Shown here: in pieces, positions 18,899 to 27,566 of the stretch
Numbering within the stretch: the stretch's first letter is position 1
How the letters are laid out: every line of letters begins with the position of its first letter
Source of the DNA: an uncultured Gammaproteobacteria bacterium
GTDB taxonomy: Bacteria > Patescibacteriota > Patescibacteriia > Magasanikbacterales > GWA2-37-8
Length of the DNA: 64,000 nt
Direction: 5' to 3'
NCBI GenBank assembly: GCA_964536725.1
Contig: CAZHYJ010000002.1
Location: 27,219 to 91,218, forward strand
Translations under genes and position numbers: made by a program
The notes under the pieces: model-generated
The model's input: only the letters and a program-made list of their open reading frames with translations
Databases searched by the model: none
What the model was told of the DNA's origin: nothing

Positions 18899-20419
18899 AT
18901 GTCTAAACACTATCATTTTTTAGGGAAAAAATCAATTGCCCTCGCTTTGGCGGTTGTTTTGCTTTTGCCAAGTCTTGTTTTTGCCCAAACTCCTTCGGAT
19001 GACTTCTATCCTAAACAAAAAGAGTTCTGGGATGTAGTTGGAATGGAAAAAGCCTGGGATTTTGCTACGGGTTCTCCCCACGTAGTGGTAGCAGTGATCG
19101 ATACTGGTGCTGATATTTTGCATCGTGATTTAGAAAACAACGTTTGGATTAATCCTTATGAAATTGCAGACAATGGTGTTGATGATGATAGCAACGGCTA
19201 TGTGGATGATGTGAATGGTTGGAATTTTATCGAGGATAACAACAATGTGCGTCCGTCAGTTTTTGAAAATGCTGATGACCCTGAAGCAGTTCGTCATGGA
19301 ACAGTGATTGCCGGTTTGATTGGTGAACAGGGGAATAATGATAAAGATGGGACGGGTGTTAATTGGCAAGTAAAGATTATGCCCTTGCGGGCGATTGGTA
19401 GTGATGGGTCTGGTGTGATGGAAGATGTGGCCAAAGCGGTTGATTATGCTGTTAGCAACGGGGCGATGGTGATCAGTTTGAGTATGGTAAGTTATGAAAA
19501 CAGTGAAATTTTACGGATGAGTTTGCGCGCTGCTTATGAAAAGGGGGTTGTGATCGTGGCTGCCGCGGGTAATGACAGGGAAAGGGTGGATATAAACAAC
19601 CCAGTTTATCCCATCTGTCTGGATCAGGGCGACAAAGAAAATTGGATCATTGGGGTTGGCTCGATCAAGCCGGCTGTTCAAAAGTTAAGTTGGTTTTCTA
19701 ACTACGGTGATTGTGTGGATTTGTTCGCTCCGGGAGATGATATCTTTAGTATTGAAAGATACGCTCCGCAGTTTGGCTACAACGAAGAGTTTGGTGGTCC
19801 GTGGAAGGGGACTTCTTTTGCTACACCAATAGTGGCCGGGGGAGCGGCATTGCTCAAATCAATACATCCTGAATGGAAGGCAGACAAAATTATCGAAACT
19901 CTTTTGGCTACTACGACAAAATTTTATTTAGACAAAGACCAAAAGATGGCGGGAAAAATTATTAATATTGGTGCAGCAGCAGAACTGGCGGCGGAAACAA
20001 AAACACCAGATGAGGCCTATGCTGCCTATACGTATTATTTTACTAAAAATGAAATTCGTCGCAAAGATATGATGCGGCGCGATCGGGGGGCGATTGCACG
20101 TTTACAAGATGTTAAAATAATCGACCTGGCAGTTAAAACTGATTTGTTTGGTCGCACAGATTTGGCGGCATTGATTCAGCGTGGTAAATATTTTTATGTT
20201 CGCTTTTACAAAGAAAATGGTGTTTGGTGGAAAGAGTTTGCCGTTGCTCCGGAAAAGATCGGTAAAGAAATAGGGGCACTCAAAAAGTTAGCGTGGAGTG
20301 GTAATGAAGTGAAATTATCTTTTTCTTTCAAGAAAAAGACACGTTTAGCTTTTTATGATAATTTAGGTAAACGGTTGCGGACCAGTGATCAAACTGGGCC
20401 GGTTTTGGCTAAAAAATAG
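18899..20419 (+). CDS. Secreted subtilisin-like serine protease (S8 family) with a C-terminal extension.
   Basis: Signal peptide, then catalytic D (VAVIDTGAD), H (HGTVIAG) and S (GTSFATPIVAG) motifs. Confidence 0.85.
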   Translation: MSKHYHFLGKKSIALALAVVLLLPSLVFAQTPSDDFYPKQKEFWDVVGMEKAWDFATGSPHVVVAVIDTGADILHRDLENNVWINPYEIADNGVDDDSNGYVDDVNGWNFIEDNNNVRPSVFENADDPEAVRHGTVIAGLIGEQGNNDKDGTGVNWQVKIMPLRAIGSDGSGVMEDVAKAVDYAVSNGAMVISLSMVSYENSEILRMSLRAAYEKGVVIVAAAGNDRERVDINNPVYPICLDQGDKENWIIGVGSIKPAVQKLSWFSNYGDCVDLFAPGDDIFSIERYAPQFGYNEEFGGPWKGTSFATPIVAGGAALLKSIHPEWKADKIIETLLATTTKFYLDKDQKMAGKIINIGAAAELAAETKTPDEAYAAYTYYFTKNEIRRKDMMRRDRGAIARLQDVKIIDLAVKTDLFGRTDLAALIQRGKYFYVRFYKENGVWWKEFAVAPEKIGKEIGALKKLAWSGNEVKLSFSFKKKTRLAFYDNLGKRLRTSDQTGPVLAKK

Positions 20420-20499
20420 GCAAAAAATAAAGCAAAAAACACTTGTATTATCTAGTCGGGGATGCTATAATATCCCCATAAAATAACCCATAATATTCT

Positions 20500-21525
20500 A
20501 TGCCAGCTAATCAAATTTTTGAGAAAAAGAATGTTTTAGTAACCGGTGGTGCCGGCTTTATTGGTTCGCATCTTTGTGAGCGTTTGCTCAAAGAGGCTAA
20601 TGTTATTTGTATCGATGATTTTTCCAATTCTCATCCGGACAATGTTAACCATCTTTTACAATATCCTGATTTTGAGTTTATCAATCATGATATTAATCTA
20701 CCGTTGGACTTAGACAAGTTTGATGAATTAGATAAATTCAAAGTGAAGTTTCAGGGTATTCAGGAAGTTTATCATCTCGCCTGTCCGACTAGCCCTAAGG
20801 ATTTTGAAAAACTAAAAATGAAATCACTTTTAGGTAATTCGGTGGCGATGATTAATACCTTGGATCTTGCCGTGAAGTATCACGCTAAATATGTTTTTGC
20901 CTCTAGTTCAGTGGTGTACGGTGATCCAACTGACAAGGTCAGCGTCTTTCCGGAAGACTATCAGGGAATAGTAAATCATTTAACTCCACGTGCTTGCTAC
21001 GACGAAGGTAAGCGTTTTGCTGAAACTTGTGTGGAAACCTATCGTCAGATGTATGGATTAGATGCAAAAATCGTGCGTGTCTTTACTTCTTATGGTCCAC
21101 GCATGATGTTACGTGAAGGTTTGTTTATCCCAGATTTTACCTTGGATGCATTGAGTGGAAAAGATTTGGTTATTTATGGTGATGACTCGTTTTCTACCTC
21201 GCTTTGTTATGTGTCTGACACAGTCTCGGCCATGGTACGTCTGATGGCTACGGGGCCGGAGGTAAAAATTGTTAATGTGGGTGGTGATCAAATTTATCGT
21301 CTGGTTGATGTGGCTAATATGATTATCAAAATGACAGGTTCTTCGTCAAAGGTAGTCTTTGAACCAGCGTTGCTGTTTGCCACTAAAAAAGGCATGCCTA
21401 ATTTAACTTATACTAAAGATGTTTTAGGTTGGATGCCGCTAGTGCGCTTGGAAGACGGTTTGCAAAAAACAATTGATTATACTATTGCCAACAAAGAAGC
21501 GTTGTTATACAACCACGAAAAGTAG
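20500..21525 (+). CDS. NAD-dependent epimerase/dehydratase (UDP-glucuronate decarboxylase-like SDR).
   Basis: VLVTGGAGFIGSHL Rossmann motif and an extended SDR fold. Confidence 0.75.
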   Translation: MPANQIFEKKNVLVTGGAGFIGSHLCERLLKEANVICIDDFSNSHPDNVNHLLQYPDFEFINHDINLPLDLDKFDELDKFKVKFQGIQEVYHLACPTSPKDFEKLKMKSLLGNSVAMINTLDLAVKYHAKYVFASSSVVYGDPTDKVSVFPEDYQGIVNHLTPRACYDEGKRFAETCVETYRQMYGLDAKIVRVFTSYGPRMMLREGLFIPDFTLDALSGKDLVIYGDDSFSTSLCYVSDTVSAMVRLMATGPEVKIVNVGGDQIYRLVDVANMIIKMTGSSSKVVFEPALLFATKKGMPNLTYTKDVLGWMPLVRLEDGLQKTIDYTIANKEALLYNHEK

Positions 21526-21526
21526 T

Positions 21527-22177
21527 ATGGAGTTAGTTGTTGTCCCTGCCTACAATGAATCCGCCAACATAGGTCGCGTAGTTCGCGACCTTTTTCAACA
21601 TGGTTGGAAAGATGTTTTGGTTGTCAGTGATGGTTCGACTGACATGACTGTTTCTTTGGCAGAAGAGGCTGGTGCGAAAGTGGTATCACATCTGGTAAAT
21701 CGCGGTCAGGGGGCGGTGCTTGAAACTGGCAATGAATATGCTCGACGTAATGGGTATGATATTGTGGTGCATTTTGACGGTGATGGCCAATTGAGCGCTG
21801 CTGACATTAAAGGGGCGATAGAAAAAATTAACGCTGGTTATGATGTGGTTTTAGGTTCGCGTTTCCTCGACGAACGTTCCAAATTACCCTGGACCAAACG
21901 TTACTTGATTCTTCCGGTCGCACGTTTGATAAACTACTTTCTCACGGGCGTGCGTTTGTCTGACGCCCACAATGGTTTTCGTGTTTTAAACAAAACGGCC
22001 TTGGAAAAAATTCGCATCGCGCAAAGTGGTATGGCACACAATTCAGAAATTGTGGCGGAGATGAAGCGTTTGGGCTTGCGTCATGTGGAACATCCGGTAG
22101 AGATTAAATATTTAGAATATGGTCAGGGAGTGACCGGAGGAGTTAAAATTATTTTTGATTGGATATTTAAAAATTAA
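21527..22177 (+). CDS. Family 2 glycosyltransferase (dolichyl/polyprenyl-phosphate sugar synthase-like).
   Basis: LVVVPAYNESANI and VVSDGSTD motifs. Start moved to the internal ATG. Confidence 0.75.
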   Translation: MELVVVPAYNESANIGRVVRDLFQHGWKDVLVVSDGSTDMTVSLAEEAGAKVVSHLVNRGQGAVLETGNEYARRNGYDIVVHFDGDGQLSAADIKGAIEKINAGYDVVLGSRFLDERSKLPWTKRYLILPVARLINYFLTGVRLSDAHNGFRVLNKTALEKIRIAQSGMAHNSEIVAEMKRLGLRHVEHPVEIKYLEYGQGVTGGVKIIFDWIFKN

Positions 22178-22179
22178 AT

Positions 22180-22512
22180 ATGTTAGCAATACAAATTATT
22201 TTATTAGTTTTTTTCTTGTTTGCCTGGAGTCGAGTATTAAAGAATTATCGTTTAGGTGAGATTAAGTTAAAAGAATTAATTATCTGGTCAGTGTTTTGGT
22301 TGGTTGCAGGTGTGGTGGTGATAGTGCCAAATTCTACCAACACCATCGCGAAATTCGTCGGCATCGGTCGCGGAGCCGATTTAGTTGTTTATGCGTCTTT
22401 GGCTTTGATATTTTACATCCTCTTTCGTATTTTTTATCGTTTAGAAGCTATTGAAAAGAATATTACAAAAATTACACGTGAAATTGCACTGAAAGATAAT
22501 AAAAAAGAATAA
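22180..22512 (+). CDS. DUF2304 small membrane protein, a common GT2 partner.
   Basis: Three-TM 110-aa protein directly downstream of a GT2, matching the recurrent GT2-DUF2304 pairing. Confidence 0.55.
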   Translation: MLAIQIILLVFFLFAWSRVLKNYRLGEIKLKELIIWSVFWLVAGVVVIVPNSTNTIAKFVGIGRGADLVVYASLALIFYILFRIFYRLEAIEKNITKITREIALKDNKKE

Positions 22513-22517
22513 AGAAG

Positions 22518-22617
22518 AATTTACAGTTCGAATATTTTTTGAGCGGGTTATGCGCCAAAGCGCATCCTTTTGCCCTCGCGGGCAAAAAAAGCGAAAAAAT
22601 TATTCGAACTGCAAATT
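22518..22617 (+). repeat. Structured repeat, copy B. Conserved core TTTTTTGAGCGGGTTATG...CATCC...AAAGCGAAAAAAT enclosed by a copy-specific 17-bp stem.
   Basis: Direct alignment to copies A and C. See findings. Confidence 0.7.
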
Positions 22618-22633
22618 CTGATAACTATTAGTT

Positions 22634-23761
22634 TTGTTTATGAAAATAGCCCAGGTAGTCTCAACATTTTCTCCACACTTCGGCGGAATGGGTTTGGTCT
22701 GCGAAGAGGAGGCTGATGGTTTAGTGGATCAAGGTCACGATGTTACCGTCTTTACTTTGTGTTACCCGCAAGTAAATTACACACCGGGGTTATTTTTGTT
22801 TAATGTTATCCGATTATTTCCCTGGCTGAAAATGGGGGACGCCGGCATGATTCCGCAGTTAACAAAACATTTGCGTGATTTTGATGTTATTCATTTGCAT
22901 TATCCGTTTTACGGCGGGGCAGAATGGGTATGGTTGGCCAGTGTATTGTACGGAAAAAAATATATTGTGACCTATCACATGATGGCTCGTCCAGCTGGGT
23001 GGGCTAAATGTTTTGTGCAAAAATTGTACGATTGGTTTTGGCAGAAAAGAATTTTGCTAGGAGCGGAAAAAATCTTAGTGGTGGATAAAAAATATTGGCT
23101 TAATTTACCATTTGCCAAAGATGTGTCAGAAAAAAAGGTAGTTGAATTTTCGAATGGAATAAATTTAAAAACTTTTCGATCCTGTTCCGTAGACTGGCAG
23201 GGTATTGGTTTGCAAGATTGGCAAGATAAAAAAATAATTTTATTTGTTGGGAATTTGTTGCCGGTAAAACGGTTGGATTTATTATTAAATTCTTTGGCAC
23301 AGATTAAAAATGATGATTGGCGACTAGTGGTTGTCGGTGGTGGGTATGCGGAATTTGATTATAAGAAATTGGCTGATTCGTTGGGTTTGAGCAGTCGCGT
23401 ACGGTTTGTTGGTTATTGTGTCGATCGAGAAAAATTAGCGGAATATTATAGTGCTACTTGGGTGACTGTTTTACCAACGGACAATGAATCATTTTCTTTG
23501 GTGGCGGTAGAATCGCTTGCCTGTGGTACACCTGTTATCTTGGCAGAAAATTCGGGTGGTGCAAATCGTATTAGTGCCGGGGAAGATGGTTGGCTTTTTA
23601 CTCCTGGTTCGACTGAAAGTTTACGTACCGCTTTGCTGTCTGCTCTTAGTTTGTCGGCTGAAACTCGGCATGCCTGGGGTCTTGCTGGTCGTCAATCAGT
23701 TGTGCAATACGATTGGGATAGTCATGTTGAAAAATTAACCAATATTTATGCCACAATTTGA
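22634..23761 (+). CDS. Family 4 glycosyltransferase (Glycos_transf_1).
   Basis: GT-B C-terminal domain with FVGNLLPVKRLD...VLPT...ESFSLVAVESLACGTPVI. Confidence 0.8.
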   Translation: MFMKIAQVVSTFSPHFGGMGLVCEEEADGLVDQGHDVTVFTLCYPQVNYTPGLFLFNVIRLFPWLKMGDAGMIPQLTKHLRDFDVIHLHYPFYGGAEWVWLASVLYGKKYIVTYHMMARPAGWAKCFVQKLYDWFWQKRILLGAEKILVVDKKYWLNLPFAKDVSEKKVVEFSNGINLKTFRSCSVDWQGIGLQDWQDKKIILFVGNLLPVKRLDLLLNSLAQIKNDDWRLVVVGGGYAEFDYKKLADSLGLSSRVRFVGYCVDREKLAEYYSATWVTVLPTDNESFSLVAVESLACGTPVILAENSGGANRISAGEDGWLFTPGSTESLRTALLSALSLSAETRHAWGLAGRQSVVQYDWDSHVEKLTNIYATI

Positions 23762-24572
23762 TTACGAAAAATCAATTTGGGGTCGTGGTATGGCGTCGTT
23801 GTATGCTTCTGATCCGACGGCTTTTCGGTTGTGGCGCAGTTTGGAGTGGTTGAAAGATCTGCCCACCGACAGTAAAGTATTAGAAGTTGGCGCCGGTGCC
23901 GGGCAATTTATTCGTGCTTTTAAAAAGAAACATGCGGAATGGGAATGTTTTGGTAGCGATATTAGCGCGTCGGCCTTGGAGGAGGCACGAAAGGTAAACG
24001 ACGGTGTCAAATATGATTTGACTAGTGGTGGTGTCTTACCGTATGAGGATAATTATTTTTCGGCAGTATTAATTTTTGATGTTTTGGAGCACGTAGACAA
24101 TCCGCAGATATTGTTAAAAGAAATTTTACGCATTTTAAAACCGGGTGGTAAGTTCTATTGTTTTGTGCCGTGTGAAGGGGACAAATTGTCGATGTGGTAT
24201 TGGTTAAAGGGGTTTAAAAGTTGGGCGGATTTAACCCAAAAATATGCCGGACATATCAATCGCTGGTCGCGTCAGGCTTGGTTGGATCTTTTTACCCAGA
24301 CTGGTTTTAAGATTAGAGCAAAAAATTATAGTGAACATTTTTTTGGGCAGTTGCTTGGTTTGGCAGCCTTTCGTATAATGAATCGTGCGGCTTTAAAAAA
24401 AGGAAGTGTTCAGATTAATAATGAATCTTTTTTTTCTGAGCTATCTTCCGGTCATGGTTGGTTTTGGTTTTTAAAAAATTTGATAAATGACCTTGTTTAT
24501 TTTGAATCAATATTTGGCAGACAAATTCCCTCGCCCAATATGCATGTTTTATTAGAAAAATATGTCGAATAG
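23748..24572 (+). CDS. Class I SAM-dependent methyltransferase.
   Basis: Motif I VLEVGAGAGQF and post-I LKPGGKF. Confidence 0.7.
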   Translation: MPQFDYEKSIWGRGMASLYASDPTAFRLWRSLEWLKDLPTDSKVLEVGAGAGQFIRAFKKKHAEWECFGSDISASALEEARKVNDGVKYDLTSGGVLPYEDNYFSAVLIFDVLEHVDNPQILLKEILRILKPGGKFYCFVPCEGDKLSMWYWLKGFKSWADLTQKYAGHINRWSRQAWLDLFTQTGFKIRAKNYSEHFFGQLLGLAAFRIMNRAALKKGSVQINNESFFSELSSGHGWFWFLKNLINDLVYFESIFGRQIPSPNMHVLLEKYVE

Positions 24573-25182
24573 TCTCCGCGTTCTTCATATTATTCCCGCC
24601 GCATTTGAATATTTTGACGATATTAAAGATTATGCTTTTGGTTTGGTGGGAGAGATGAATAGTTACAATAACATTGTCGCTGATGTTTTTACTTTGCAGT
24701 ATAGTTCACCGACCCGTTTGGAAAAAGCAAGCGTTGAGGCGTTGGCACCAGAGCAAGAATATGTCGGTTTGGAGTCGGTGGAGGAAGCTGTAGATGATTT
24801 TTCATCCTATGATATTATTCATCTTCATGCTCCATTTTTGGGTGGGGCAAAAAGGATTATGCAATGGAAAGATGATCACCCAGAAGTGCCTTTAATTATT
24901 ACTTATTATCGCAGTGTGGATGTTGTTGACTTGATTGCACTAGGGATAAGATGGTATAATAATTACTACTTGAATAAGTTGTTTAAACGAGCTAATTTTA
25001 TAACAGTTTTTCCTTGGAGCGAGAAGCGAGCGCGACAAATTGCGGCGCGGAGTGGGGCAGGGGAAAAGATTGAACTATTGGACGAGTTTAAAGGTGGTAA
25101 TTCTGGGATAGTACTGCATAAACATCTAAAACAAAAAGAGTTGGTCAAACATTTTTTTAATTTATACGGTCAATTTATTTAA
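24562..25182 (+). CDS. Hypothetical protein resembling a glycosyltransferase N-terminal (GT4_N) domain only.
   Basis: LRVLHIIPA...IIHLHAPFLGG pattern with no C-terminal catalytic domain. May be a fragment. Confidence 0.35.
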   Translation: MSNSLRVLHIIPAAFEYFDDIKDYAFGLVGEMNSYNNIVADVFTLQYSSPTRLEKASVEALAPEQEYVGLESVEEAVDDFSSYDIIHLHAPFLGGAKRIMQWKDDHPEVPLIITYYRSVDVVDLIALGIRWYNNYYLNKLFKRANFITVFPWSEKRARQIAARSGAGEKIELLDEFKGGNSGIVLHKHLKQKELVKHFFNLYGQFI

Positions 25183-25196
25183 TTATTTATTTATAT

Positions 25197-26015
25197 ATGG
25201 AAGAAAGAAAAACATTTTTTGCGAGCTTGGAACCAAAGAGTGCGCTTGTCGTTGGTTTGGTAGGTGGGGTATTAGTTCTTTGTACTGTTGGTTTTTTTGT
25301 GATGTTGGGCATGTCGCTTTCCGCTCGCGCTTCTGATAATAAGGCAAGCACGCCAGTAGTGACAGACGGTGAAGTGGCCACAGCGCCAGTAGTAGCAAAA
25401 TCTGACAAACCAAAAGTTGAATTGTTTGTGATGTCGTATTGTCCGTATGGTCTACAAATGGAAAAAGCGTATTTGCCAGCTTGGGAATTGTTAAAAAACA
25501 AAGCTGATATTAGTGTGAAGTTTGTTAATTACGCGATGCACGGCAAGAAAGAGATTGATGAGAACACTAGACAGTATTGCATTGGACAGAATTCGTCAGA
25601 TAAATTGATTGCTTACTTGAAATGTTTTGTTGCGGAGGATAATTTTTCTAAATGTTTGACCGCTGTTGGTTTGACTGATAGTAAATTGGCGGGTTGTGCT
25701 GCGGCTACTGATAAACAATACAAACTAACGGAAATGTTTAACGATAAATCTACCTGGTTGTCTGGTCGTTATCCAGTTTACGGAGTAGACAGTGTTTTAA
25801 ATGAAAAATATGGTGTTCAGGGTTCTCCAACTTTGGTGATTAATGGCTCTCAAGCGGAAGTGGGGCGTACACCAGAAGCTGTGAAACAGGCAATTTGTGC
25901 GGCCTTCAACAATCCTCCGGCAGAATGTCAGAAGACTTTGAGCAATTCTGGATATTCAGCTGGTTTTGGCATGACTGCTAGTGATAATGCTGCCAACGTT
26001 GAATGCGGCAGTTAA
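25197..26015 (+). CDS. Membrane-anchored DsbA-like thioredoxin-fold protein with a non-canonical CPYG active site.
   Basis: N-terminal TM, SYCPYG where DsbA has CxxC, and a cis-Pro loop motif GSPTLVING. Confidence 0.45.
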   Translation: MEERKTFFASLEPKSALVVGLVGGVLVLCTVGFFVMLGMSLSARASDNKASTPVVTDGEVATAPVVAKSDKPKVELFVMSYCPYGLQMEKAYLPAWELLKNKADISVKFVNYAMHGKKEIDENTRQYCIGQNSSDKLIAYLKCFVAEDNFSKCLTAVGLTDSKLAGCAAATDKQYKLTEMFNDKSTWLSGRYPVYGVDSVLNEKYGVQGSPTLVINGSQAEVGRTPEAVKQAICAAFNNPPAECQKTLSNSGYSAGFGMTASDNAANVECGS

Positions 26016-26051
26016 TTTTACCTTTCTTTAATTTCTTTAATTAATAATTTT

Positions 26052-26366
26052 ATGGGTAAATTTAACAAAGGTTTGTTTCTCGGAGGACTAGTGGGTGCCG
26101 CCATGATGTGGCTTAATGCTACCCCTAAGGGCAAAGAGATGCGCGCTAAATTATTGGAACATCTTAATCCGCTTTACAATGAACTTAAGGAAAGTATAAA
26201 ACAATTGGAGGGTCCAACTAAGGAAATGTATGATGCCTTGGTAGAGCGTGCAGTAGAAGAATATGCTGCCAAAAAAGAAATGGCCGTGGATATGAAGGCG
26301 GTGTTGGTTAGAAAATTAAAAAAGAAGTGGGTAGAGTTAGAAAAAGAGATTAAAAAACGCAAATAA
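26052..26366 (+). CDS. YtxH-like protein.
   Basis: Gly-rich N-terminal helix GLFLGGLVGAAMMWL, then a charged coiled coil. Confidence 0.5.
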   Translation: MGKFNKGLFLGGLVGAAMMWLNATPKGKEMRAKLLEHLNPLYNELKESIKQLEGPTKEMYDALVERAVEEYAAKKEMAVDMKAVLVRKLKKKWVELEKEIKKRK

Positions 26367-26368
26367 AT

Positions 26369-27517
26369 ATGCGAACAGTAGGTAGTATGGTTTTGCTTTG
26401 TTCCACTTTGCTTTTGGCTGGGGCGGGTTGTGTTTTTAACAATAGTGTAAAACCAACTGGCACCACTTACCCTGTCGTTATTACCACTAAAAAAGACTTT
26501 TACGTTAATCGAGGCGCAGGCGATAATTTGTCTGTGCCTTTTGCTGATTGGCAGGTTTTCTTTCAAAAGAAATATGGTTGGGAGTTTGCCTATCCCGAAG
26601 GTTGGGTAATACGAACGGAGAAGACTGAAAATCAGCTGCTGATTTTTCTTTCTAATGTGGGCTGCATTAATCAATGTCCACCGGAGTTTGTGGGTTTGAA
26701 AATGAAAGTGGGGGCGATCTATCCGGGCGGAGATTTTATTAAATATATCAAAGGTGAAATTAGTCGTAATAATAAAGGTAAAATTTTTCCGGGTGGTAAG
26801 GTTGAGGATATAAAGATATCTGGAAGATCGGCGGTAAAAGTATCGCGCTCCGATTGGACAGGTGCTGAAGCTGGTCCGGGATATTTTGTTAGTTTGGACA
26901 AAGATTATTACGCTTATATTTCCACTGGGCGAAACAACCTGACTAAGAATGCAGAGAAAGTGATCGGCCAGTTGATTGGTTCAGTTAAAATTCACAGTAA
27001 TTTTATCTTGCGTCCAAAAGTGGTGGAGAGGTTGAATCAGATTAAGGGTGGTATTATTACCGATGTGGATACGGGTGATAGTGGTGATGCGGTAAAAGAA
27101 GAAACAGTCGATAGTATTTACACCAGTCGACGTTACAAATTCACTTTAAACTATCCAGAGCATTGTTATTTTGCTGACATGACCAACCAAACACAGTCGC
27201 CGATCGATTTGGAATTGGCTTTGTGTGGAGTACAGCCCGATGAACGGGTGGTTGGTGTGCGTGTGTACAGGGGTAATATCGATGCCGCCTGGATGAGTGT
27301 TTATAACGGACGGGATTTAAATTACCAAATGCAGAAAGTGCTGGTTTCGGATACGCCGGGCAGAATGTATACGGTGGCCGCTAGTGCACGTAGTCGTACC
27401 GAACGCTGGTTGATGATGGAGAAAAATGGCCGCACTTATATTATCTATGTGATTGATGATGTGAGTAGCTATGCGAATGATTTTGATGAGTTGATTTCTG
27501 GATTTGAGTTTAATTAG
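26369..27517 (+). CDS. Hypothetical lipoprotein.
   Basis: Lipobox LLLAGAGC at the N-terminus. No recognised domain. Confidence 0.45.
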   Translation: MRTVGSMVLLCSTLLLAGAGCVFNNSVKPTGTTYPVVITTKKDFYVNRGAGDNLSVPFADWQVFFQKKYGWEFAYPEGWVIRTEKTENQLLIFLSNVGCINQCPPEFVGLKMKVGAIYPGGDFIKYIKGEISRNNKGKIFPGGKVEDIKISGRSAVKVSRSDWTGAEAGPGYFVSLDKDYYAYISTGRNNLTKNAEKVIGQLIGSVKIHSNFILRPKVVERLNQIKGGIITDVDTGDSGDAVKEETVDSIYTSRRYKFTLNYPEHCYFADMTNQTQSPIDLELALCGVQPDERVVGVRVYRGNIDAAWMSVYNGRDLNYQMQKVLVSDTPGRMYTVAASARSRTERWLMMEKNGRTYIIYVIDDVSSYANDFDELISGFEFN

Positions 27518-27537
27518 AAGATTAAAAGAGTCAAAAA

Positions 27538-27566
27538 AATATCCCGATTAAGTCGGGATATTTTTT
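27538..27566. terminator. Bidirectional terminator, ATATCCCGA-ttaag-TCGGGATAT plus T8.
   Basis: Perfect hairpin between convergent genes. CCGA-TTAAG-TCGG family. Confidence 0.65.
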
